Positions 27,901 to 36,700 of a stretch of DNA of 38,378 nucleotides are shown here, piece after piece. Below the pieces are notes generated by a model that ran no database searches, had not been told where the DNA came from, and saw only the letters and a list, made by a program, of their open reading frames with translations. The position numbers and the translations under genes are program-made. Numbering within the stretch: position 1 is the first letter of the stretch; each line of letters starts with the position of its first letter. The stretch lies in the IMG/VR virus record IMGVR_UViG_3300049919_000267, positions 1-38,378 of that record; one strand, written 5' to 3'. The stretch is from a virus (Duplodnaviria; Heunggongvirae; Uroviricota; Caudoviricetes).

Positions 27901-30900
27901 AACCAGCAGCCATGTAAGTCTCTTTATGCACATTTACATGTTGTTCAACTTTATTAATATTTACACTACCAGCTCCTCTTTGTCTTCTTATAAATTCATC
28001 TCTGTCATTAACCCAATCTTCTTTTAAAGATTCATTAACCATTGCTAAAAGATCTTTTTTACCATCTTCTGTCTCAATGTCTACACCCAACTCTTCTGAA
28101 AGTTCTTTTGATATTCTAGTTACTAAATCTTGATCAGCTTCTTCTAAAAATTTATAAAGTATTGGTCTTTCAGGTAGAATATCTTCAACATTATTAGCTT
28201 TATTAATATTAGAAAATACTAAAGCTAATTGAGAATACTCAGAATTTTCTTCGTATCCTTTAACTGGATCAAAGGTAATACCAAAGAAAATATCAGGCGC
28301 ATTCTCTCCTGAATAAGAAATATTATCTAAAACAGCATCTAATATAGTATTACTATAAAGACCTTTTTGAATTGATCTTATAACTTTTAAGTGTTTTGTT
28401 AAATCATCTACTTTAGAAACCAACTCTCTTCTTTCTCTAGACTTAATCATATTCTCAGCCTTGCTAGAAGTAGATTGCTTATCTTTTTCAGTAATATCAT
28501 CTTCTAAAGATAGAATTTTTTCCTCAGTACTCTGTTTTTCACTAATAAGAATAAAATCAAGAGCAAAAATTTCAGTATGTTTATCATCCTGACCAAAACT
28601 TAAAATTCTACCTCCACTATCATATGTTGCTGCTGGAGCAGTATACCCGAATTTTATACCTTTTTGTGCAATAATCTTATTATCTTTTTGAAATCTTGTT
28701 TTATACTCAATTTTATCAGTAATAATTTCTTCTTCAGTCTTATCAACTGTTTTTGGATCTTTATCCTCATCTTTCATTCCAAATACACCATACCTAACAA
28801 CAAATAATTTATCTACGTCAAAGTCAGATCCATGTAATGCTGTAACAGCAGAAGGGATTACTATCACATTATCATGTGATGATGATGGATAATAACCTAT
28901 TACTCTTAAAGGCACAGAAGAATGTAAGTCAGAGGAAGGAATTCTAAATCCAAACATTTTATTATACTCTTCTGAGTTATAATATATTAATTCTCCTTTT
29001 TTAAGTTGATCTGAATACATTTCAGGAAGATAACACTCTGCATACAAAACATTTCCTTTGTCATCAGTTACCATTTCAGGAACTCTCATAGAATTTTCAG
29101 ATAACACTCTATTTGCTTCAAATCCAAATTCTGATTGGAGTACAAAACTTCCACCCGGATGTTTAGGACTTACAGTTTTCTTTGTAAAACTATTAAAGAA
29201 ACTTTGCATTAACTTTTCAGAAAATAAAGGATTATTCATTGAGATATTTGGAATATTAAGAAGCCCTAATATTCTTTCATTGCCTGGAAGATCTAATTTC
29301 TTTTTAAGATCTTCAATAAATTCTTTTTTAGATCTATTATTAGCTTTAAGAGTTTTATCAGTTTTGTCATATGACATCCTGTAATCAAATAAAGTATCAA
29401 ACATACCAGATTTCGCAAACTTACTCAAAGTTCTTGTAATTTGTCTGTTGTTTTTAATAGAAGTTTCTGTTCTATTTAATCCAATTAAATAAGTTAACTG
29501 AGTAAAATGAGAAATAAAACTATCAATATACCTATGTCTAATCGCTTGCTGGATACCATTATATGCTGAATTTAATGTTAAAATAGAAGACTCTTCTAAA
29601 TTAAAATCAAAAGTGCCAGTTTCCTGGTTTTTAACAAACTTAGACATATTTGAAGGCTTAGAACCTTTAATAGCAGATTCAAAACTTGCCTTATGGATCA
29701 TAAATGGATCAACATCCTCCAGAAAATTCTGGTATTCCATATATTCATTAACATCTCTTAATCCATTGTTATCTACAAGTTTATCATAAAGTTCTTTTAT
29801 TCTTGGTTCAATACGAGCCTTATCTTCAGTACTTAAACTCTTTAAATAGCGTTGAAATGTCATAGCAAACCTAAGATCTCTCAAAGTTTTGTTCTTTTTT
29901 ACAACTTCATTTGTGAGTTCAGCAGAAGAAGTCTTTCTATAATCTACACCTCCTTGCTCATTCACTTCAAAATGTACATCTTTAGTAATATTACCAATAT
30001 CTACTGATTTTCCAAAAGATTTTCTTAACATCTGTTTATACTCAGGAAGATCCCAAGATTGAGCATCACCTATCTCCTGCTTTTTATTCTTAAAAAATCT
30101 TTCAAGTAAAGGAATTTTACCTAATTTATGAGTTTGACCATAAAAATTATTAGCAGCAGAAATAACTACATTTCTATAACTACTTTTAATACCATGTTTA
30201 TCATCAATAAGCCCAGTGTCGTTCATCGCATTTACACCAGCTTGTCTTTTAATCTCATCAAGTGGATTTTTATAGTTTTGAGTAGCTCCAGAGCTTAATT
30301 GATTCATAAAGAATCCATTAACATAAGAATTAAAATAATAAACACTTAATGCTTTCTTTAATATAGCTCTTTGAATCTCGAAGTTATCTTCACTCTTCAT
30401 AGATTCTATATCAGTTTTTGCATTAATGCCTATTCCTTTTAATGTACTTATCTCTGAATCACTAAGTTGATAAGATTTTAAATAGGAATTTTTAAGTTTA
30501 TTATACATCTCAGAAAGATCTGTACCAACTAATGTAGCTTTCTCTGTAATAGCAAGATCAGTAAATTGACCTAAAGATGCGTCAAGATTATTGATAATAG
30601 TCTTAGTAAGATTTAATAAAGTTTTGTTGTTTTTATTAATTATAAGTTTACCATTACTAATTTGTCCAAACTCTTTATTAAGAGTGCCGTCAGAGTTAAA
30701 AAAGATATTAATTCCATCTTTTATAAAATGAGTACCCCCTTCCAAACCTGGTAATGTTGATTTTTTAGTATGTTTAACCAGATTTCCTCTTATAGAACCT
30801 CCGGCCAGATAGTTCATATGAGCTTCTTGAATAATCATACTCATAATACTATTTTCAAGTTCTTCTGCTGAGTTAATACCCATTTTAATTACACTTACAT

Positions 30901-33694
30901 TAGGGGCTGACTCTGGTTGAAATTTTTGTTGAAAATAAGATAATCCACTTCTTTCTGTGTTTTTATTACCAACACCTGCTTCAAGTACAGGTAATTGAAA
31001 CATAGCTAAGAAATTTCTATTTATCCAATCTCTCGGAGATTCTTTGCTAAATGGAATAGGTGGTTTTTCATAAAAAGCATCTCTATTATCAAAATAAGTT
31101 TCTTGATGATCTGAATAGAAATCATCTTCTCCTACTTTCAATAAATTTTCATTTACAATTACTTCACCAGTAGAATGATTGTGAGTAAATATAGGATTAT
31201 ATCTAAGATAGTTATTAAAACTATTTTTAAGATATGGCAATAATCTATCTTTATTTATAAGTCCTGTTGCAAAATCTTCTAAGTTTTTAAAGATTTTGTA
31301 GGAAGTATTAGACATAACATTTCCCCATTTCTGCTTATTAGATGTTGAAACAGAAAAAGATGTTGGATTGTTTTTCTCAAAAGTATAATTTGTAAGTAAA
31401 TTAGAAAATTTACTTGTAATTCTTAAATATACATCAGAGTTGGAAAACTCTGTAGAAAGTTTTGTCGTTCTAATATCCGGAACCTGCTCTAAAAGCCTAT
31501 TAAGACTATTTAAAAGAATAGTAACATCTTTATCAGATATTCTTAAAAAATCAGGTTCAGTTATAGCAGACAGTTTATTTACAACAATATTATGAAGAAG
31601 ATTTCTTAATTGTTTTTTATCTCCTTTATCTTTAACAGACTTATAAGTATCCATTAAAGAGACAACATCTTTACGAATTGAAGTAGCTTCAAGTCTATCT
31701 CTCACATCTGAAGCAAGAGAAGTTGAATTTTTATATTCAGTTACTTTATCAATAAAAGCATAAGAAGTAAATTCTCCAGATAAATTTAAATCTGGGTCAT
31801 TTATTCTTTGAGTAGAAACTCTTACAAACTTAGGAGATAATCTTCTTAAACTATTAGCTACCTTAGTTAATTCAGCTACTTGATTTCTTTGTTCATTATA
31901 CTGGAATAATTTAGAAATGATAAAATTTGGAATGCCAGTTATTTTAGAAACTCTTTCAATAAAAGTTTTATTAGACTCTCCTTCTTCTTGTCTAAGTAAA
32001 AAACTTATTTCTCCTTCTTTTACTCTATTAAAAGTAAATACAACTCTATTATCATCAGAATTTGTTCCTTGGTTTTCAATTTTTATATTCTCTGGTATAA
32101 TAATATTTAATACTCCTTTAAAATCTTCGTTAGGAATATTAAATTCAGAAAGGCTTTGTTTTAATGAAGTTAAATCTGCATCAGAAACTCCTTTTATATT
32201 TAAGGAGATTCTATTACTTGCAATTACAGATTCATGTAATTGTTTTACTTTATTAAAAACAGCCTTACTTTGATTTCCTATTGGCTTATAATTATCCTTT
32301 ATTTGTTTTAAATTCTCTTCAAGAGAAGTGCTTCCATAAAGACTATTAAGCATATTAAGTAAAGCAATAAATCCGGCCCCAGGATCTATATTAACAAAGT
32401 TCCCAGGAGTTGTTTCATAGGTAATAGAGCTTAAAAAATCTTTTACAACTTCAGAGATCTTTGTTGTAGGATTAATTAACTCTTTTGAGCCTATTTCTAG
32501 GCTATTGTAGTCTTCGTCAGACTCCAGCAAAATTTCAGTAGGATCTCTCTCTATTTGGTTTTTAAGAACTAATTCACCATCTTTACCAACTTCAGCTAAA
32601 GAGTATGGTTGTAAATAATCATACATAGCTTTAAGGACTCCCTTAGTTGTAAGAGCATCAATAACTTTACTTAACTGAGGATCTAATGTTTGAGAATCTT
32701 TAATAGCTTTAATTCTACTTTGAAGTTTCTTTAAAGCATCAGCTTTTGATAATCCCAACTTAAATACTTCCTTATTGTTTTGAAATAATGGAGATCTGTA
32801 ATTAATATCTAAAAATAAAGATGCGTTTGCTGTTTCAGATAAATTTTTATTATCTGAAGGAAACATAAGTTCATTTAAATTATTCAGTACAAAAGCTTTA
32901 GCTTGTAAAAATAAATCAAGATCTGTACTAAAAATAGTGTATGATAAAATACTTTTATCTCTGGTTACTAATGAGTCTTTTATATAATTTCTAGTAAATT
33001 TCCCATTATTTACATCATCAAATAATTTAATAATATCATTATAGTTATCCCCGATAAATCCTAAGAATTTAAGCACTTTTTGGAAAAAATCTCTTATTAA
33101 AATAGGAAGGACTTTACTTTTTTCAGATTTATAAGTTTCAAATTCATCAGCCATTCTTTCTTCTAATTCTTCCTTATCTTGAATAGAAGAATATTTAGGT
33201 TTCCATCTTTTAAAGGATAACATAATATCTTCTTGCTCACTTTCGGATAGGAAGTTATTAAAAATAACATGGAATACTTCATGTCTTACATCAGTATAAG
33301 CTTTTTCTCCTCTTTCTTCAGAGATAGAGTTAGCAATATATACTGTATCTTTTATAAAACTTGATAATACTTGTTTACCATTTCTAAGCCTCATTAATTC
33401 AAGCTTATCCACGAATTTTACTCTTTCTTCAATATCCTTATCAGACATAGAAGGTAAAAGAGATCTAAACATAGATTTTACTTCTCCATAAAATTCTTGA
33501 TAATCTACCCCAGATTTATTGGTATTGTAAAGATCTGACATTAAGGTTTTTAATGTAATAAAATCAGGCAATGTTGTTGTATTATTATCAGTCATATATT
33601 TACTGATAACAGCTTTGGCAACAAATTTCTGTCTTTTATCTAATCCTTTTACCAGATCTTTATAATCTTGGGAATTAATATTTACACAACTCAT
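24953..33694 (-). CDS. Virion-packaged DNA-dependent RNA polymerase (crAss-like), with an N-terminal zincin motif
   Basis: Catalytic DFDVD (28811-28825), the DFDxD variant of crAss-like RNAPs, preceded by FRIPS; GDAQ and SAIKGSK in the second barrel; HEVFH (33269-33283) with downstream EERMADEF; 2913 aa. Confidence 0.9.
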   Translation of the reverse strand: MSCVNINSQDYKDLVKGLDKRQKFVAKAVISKYMTDNNTTTLPDFITLKTLMSDLYNTNKSGVDYQEFYGEVKSMFRSLLPSMSDKDIEERVKFVDKLELMRLRNGKQVLSSFIKDTVYIANSISEERGEKAYTDVRHEVFHVIFNNFLSESEQEDIMLSFKRWKPKYSSIQDKEELEERMADEFETYKSEKSKVLPILIRDFFQKVLKFLGFIGDNYNDIIKLFDDVNNGKFTRNYIKDSLVTRDKSILSYTIFSTDLDLFLQAKAFVLNNLNELMFPSDNKNLSETANASLFLDINYRSPLFQNNKEVFKLGLSKADALKKLQSRIKAIKDSQTLDPQLSKVIDALTTKGVLKAMYDYLQPYSLAEVGKDGELVLKNQIERDPTEILLESDEDYNSLEIGSKELINPTTKISEVVKDFLSSITYETTPGNFVNIDPGAGFIALLNMLNSLYGSTSLEENLKQIKDNYKPIGNQSKAVFNKVKQLHESVIASNRISLNIKGVSDADLTSLKQSLSEFNIPNEDFKGVLNIIIPENIKIENQGTNSDDNRVVFTFNRVKEGEISFLLRQEEGESNKTFIERVSKITGIPNFIISKLFQYNEQRNQVAELTKVANSLRRLSPKFVRVSTQRINDPDLNLSGEFTSYAFIDKVTEYKNSTSLASDVRDRLEATSIRKDVVSLMDTYKSVKDKGDKKQLRNLLHNIVVNKLSAITEPDFLRISDKDVTILLNSLNRLLEQVPDIRTTKLSTEFSNSDVYLRITSKFSNLLTNYTFEKNNPTSFSVSTSNKQKWGNVMSNTSYKIFKNLEDFATGLINKDRLLPYLKNSFNNYLRYNPIFTHNHSTGEVIVNENLLKVGEDDFYSDHQETYFDNRDAFYEKPPIPFSKESPRDWINRNFLAMFQLPVLEAGVGNKNTERSGLSYFQQKFQPESAPNVSVIKMGINSAEELENSIMSMIIQEAHMNYLAGGSIRGNLVKHTKKSTLPGLEGGTHFIKDGINIFFNSDGTLNKEFGQISNGKLIINKNNKTLLNLTKTIINNLDASLGQFTDLAITEKATLVGTDLSEMYNKLKNSYLKSYQLSDSEISTLKGIGINAKTDIESMKSEDNFEIQRAILKKALSVYYFNSYVNGFFMNQLSSGATQNYKNPLDEIKRQAGVNAMNDTGLIDDKHGIKSSYRNVVISAANNFYGQTHKLGKIPLLERFFKNKKQEIGDAQSWDLPEYKQMLRKSFGKSVDIGNITKDVHFEVNEQGGVDYRKTSSAELTNEVVKKNKTLRDLRFAMTFQRYLKSLSTEDKARIEPRIKELYDKLVDNNGLRDVNEYMEYQNFLEDVDPFMIHKASFESAIKGSKPSNMSKFVKNQETGTFDFNLEESSILTLNSAYNGIQQAIRHRYIDSFISHFTQLTYLIGLNRTETSIKNNRQITRTLSKFAKSGMFDTLFDYRMSYDKTDKTLKANNRSKKEFIEDLKKKLDLPGNERILGLLNIPNISMNNPLFSEKLMQSFFNSFTKKTVSPKHPGGSFVLQSEFGFEANRVLSENSMRVPEMVTDDKGNVLYAECYLPEMYSDQLKKGELIYYNSEEYNKMFGFRIPSSDLHSSVPLRVIGYYPSSSHDNVIVIPSAVTALHGSDFDVDKLFVVRYGVFGMKDEDKDPKTVDKTEEEIITDKIEYKTRFQKDNKIIAQKGIKFGYTAPAATYDSGGRILSFGQDDKHTEIFALDFILISEKQSTEEKILSLEDDITEKDKQSTSSKAENMIKSRERRELVSKVDDLTKHLKVIRSIQKGLYSNTILDAVLDNISYSGENAPDIFFGITFDPVKGYEENSEYSQLALVFSNINKANNVEDILPERPILYKFLEEADQDLVTRISKELSEELGVDIETEDGKKDLLAMVNESLKEDWVNDRDEFIRRQRGAGSVNINKVEQHVNVHKETYMAAGLVGLVANFSKGLAYAFHGLTEGSSIELALSDKEIVEIDGQKFTTLNLVNRDNIKTQEIRSLALNAAIDHVKEQILNVLNVGNNTAKIFLAAVSTEMNLHQTTMLMLQPVAKELNSSNATTIMKTLGVLEEAILEKFKQLNINISQEEFDKFEIKTKNIEKFIQTSFNDLMKDTENPNYKENLMTQLKIIKQLATLNKIGQEVSDVSAALSIVQGLPYNLESAYDKLKAMDKFIDIEKFFNKLTYTEKSEYTENGFKDDLKSSKTIFKNVNLANNENVLGALESIKVQIDVASEMFAENSVQAQFLVNNMIKAVSNNSDPSTMFTGENDQNLTFDTVKNMSISDKYLKGKNTFNIFKIISRNIFNYLTSGLNISYNKDNNLMSLGIQGQKLTTIKKDDKEYQLGTIKSFLNSFLMKMDEAYDSTKNYDGNNFLVSQINPDWRIKPLTVIKKQNSDNRFLKGIGVDTNFRDKVRIMTFNSSLTNTPENLAEIEQAVHELNNLNSIYVRLDKKGRWVDVPSSLHPETNEMNEIVFNILKSSLYTDKFKFSSTKATNVIPPIYFQKIFRSSDTLVRDLILWNVADNGNKYYKDFSNLENQGNERSALSDIKENLFINTILSIPTVLPNLGSLLKGTGKRQWQSGILPNGNIYDLFFEAGILDKKEDQEEGSSVLTSEKTDENTNIEVDQDLSEAQAESDLFEKFRKNPSFVVNEPFSDGKKLNRYEIFMKVGSTGSKETGDLLYYYKKIATVDGKLTNNSFDPNLLINNYKIKDYYNPKRLAVPVRGVDFSADKVVLKDVKISSFLITSSDNDKTKNENKEAIKASQEQQFQSFRDAPENKFLTDDQVRAKIKTKINVENIINQVNEISLYDSRNLDRVGVRNFQVLSKQISGDKTTVTLELQALPKNQQIRFNKFDAPFEVLKTLRKKDLSIDEKIKMINSTPGVAPVTTSQNLTPAQIEDAYNRAAEINEEKEINKVLKQKSCK

Positions 33695-33703
33695 ATTAGG
33701 TTT

Positions 33704-36700
33704 TTATAATAAACATTCAATTAAATAGTCTCTGAATAATTCTTGTTCTTCTGTATGTGAACTTTCTGCTTCAGCAAAGAACCTATCAATAGTTTCAAAA
33801 TCATTTTCCGGGAGTTTAACCCAAATATTTAAAGCTTCAGTTTGTGCTAAAGTTAATCTATCTCTTATTTCTTTAAATGAAAGAGAAAGAATATCTTCTT
33901 TTGATAAAGTTTTTACGTCAACTTTAGGTACTTCCGGAGTTACTTGGACATTTTCCTGGACATTTTGTCCAGATTCTTCACTTTTTTCTTCTTTTTCTTT
34001 AACTGAAGGTTCCCCAAACTTAATAAAAACTCTTGAAGGTAAGAGTGTCTCAAAGTTTGTTTCAAAGAATCTACTATTAGGAGTACTTGTAATTCTTGAA
34101 GTATTTTGAGGAGAGTTAGTATAATCATGTTCCAATTGACCATTCTCATTTCTGGCATTAATAGGAACAGGAACTCTAAACTTCACTTCAATATCTTTCT
34201 GTGTATCATCTTCAACATATTTTAATGTTTTACCAGGAATTTCTCCTTTAGCATCAAAGTTAAATAAACTTTCTAATATATCAATCACATCAGCATAAGT
34301 TTCTTTTACAGTATTATCTTTATTATAAGATTTAGCTACTGGGGATGTTTTAGAGCCAAGTAAAGCCATAAATTTATATCCTTTATCAGCATTTTTATTA
34401 CCAGATCTATTTCTATCTGTCACAAATCCGGTATTACCTTTTATAGAAATAAATTTAGAAGCTATATGACTATTAGAATTAAATATGTTGTCAACTGCTT
34501 CTTGAGCTTCACCAACAGAAGCTTTTCCTGTGTGGGAGATAACTCCCGACTTAGTTGAAGTTTCTCCTGTTTTGCTGTCTTTTACAACAAAAGTTTTAGT
34601 ATTTTGATCATAACTTTCAATTACTCCAAATATTGTATCTCCATCTTCAAAAGTTAAATTTCTAGGTCTTTTAACCTTAGTTAGATTTTCAATCTCTTTA
34701 ACTGTCTTAGCTTCTATTACCTCAGTATTTGGTTGAGAATACATAGAAAATAAATTGTATATTCTTTCAGCTTCGGCCATTGTAAAAGAATATTCTTTTG
34801 ATATGACTTTGTTATTTTCATTTGAAACTAAGTTAACTTTATACGCACCACCTTGAGGGTTTGGATCTTTTAAGTAGCTATAACTTAATTTAGACAGCAT
34901 ATTACTCAAAGACTTAGAATAGCCTAATTTTTTATCAATTCCTTTCTTTTCAAGCATAGATCTTACTACTTTAGCTAGAATTATAAAGTTTCTAATTGGC
35001 TCTATAGCTTCATTATGCTTACTTGTACTTAAAAATTTTCTAGATAAAGCAATAAATTGCATAGAAGATCTTGCATGATATGGCTTAAACACTAAATATG
35101 GTCTACCAGCTCTTACATAAGTTCTTAATTCCGGTGGAATCTTAAGTTTAGGATTTTGATCTGCTACATCTTTATTTGTAGGAATGATAATTCTGGCATT
35201 CTCAGGATTGTTGTAAAAATCCACTAATTTTTTACGTTCAAAACCTCTTTCTTGAGGTGGAAAGCCCTCTAAATGATTTTTATAGAAAGAATCTATAAAT
35301 TTAGTGATAGTTTCATTCATAGAAGATTGATTCATATCCTTAAACTCATCTTTATAAAAATATTTTATAGGATTTGCATGAATAACAGTACCTTCTTCTA
35401 ATTCTGACAAAGGCTTACCAGTATTAGTTGTAAATCCATCCTTATCACTTACATCTCCATATAAAATAGCCACAAATCCCTTATTTCTTGACTCATTTTG
35501 ACTAATAGTATCATAAATCTTCCTGGTATCTGCTTTTTCTTTAAATCTATCTATTTCTTCATCAGAAAGGATACTCACAGTCTTATATGTATCAGGAATA
35601 ACATTACCATCAGAGTCAATACTTGGAGTAACTATGGCATAACCAAAATTTCTTGAAGATTTTGATGTCCTACTTTGTTTAAAAGGAATAAGTATGATCT
35701 TATCACCATCTTTTAAAGCTTTACTTTCATAACCTTCTACTATTTTACTTGAAAAAGTGCCATCAGATACTTTATATTTTAAAGTTTGCCCTGTTGGAAA
35801 CAATAATTCAATAATATCGTCTTTAACTTTATTAAAAGCAGTGAAAGTTGTGTCTTTAATCTTGTTAATAATATCTGAAGCAGCCTCTTTTATAGTCTTT
35901 TCTTCAGCTTTTTCAGAAAAATCATCATCTGAAGTACTATCTTCTAAACCATCAGTAGTTAAAACCTCTCCACCTACCCTTTCATCAGTAAATCCTTCCT
36001 CTTCTTCGCCTTCAGAGACATCACTTACTTCTTCTTTGTCTGTTTTATCCTCATCTTCCTCTTCTTTTTCGATGTCGTCTTCTTCTTCAGATGTATCTTC
36101 ATCTAAAGTTGACTCTGCTTTTGTTTTAGCAGTAGTAGGTGCAGCAGTTTTTACTGTTTTTGCATATTCTTCTCCCATTATAGTTTTAGCACCTGCTATT
36201 TCAGAGTCTCTGTTAGAAATAAACTCTGTATCTTTTGTTTGAAGTTCTTCTAAAGCTTTATTTTCAAGAGAATCTATACTTGTATCTTCGATATTTTCAA
36301 AATTTGGAAAATTAGACACTACTATAAGATTTCTAGCCCTACTGGTAGCTACATACATAGCTTTATTATAAATAAAGTTAAGAGATGCAGTTCCGGAAAA
36401 TAAAGTTTTATCATTATTTTCAAGATCAATAAATACTTCATCAAAACTAAAACCTTGGGAGTTAGTTACAGTAGTGACATAAACACCTTTGGTTACTTCA
36501 TCATTAGGGTCAGTAATAATTTTAATACCATTATCAGTTAAAAGCTTTTTATACTCTTCAATTTTAGACTCATTAACAATTATAGCTTTAGTTCTTGTAG
36601 AATCAGTATTAAGTTTTAAATACCCAATAAGTCTGCTTTTAAAATCTGATTTATTTATAGATACAACACCTTTAGTATTTTTAGTTTCCAGATTTTTATC

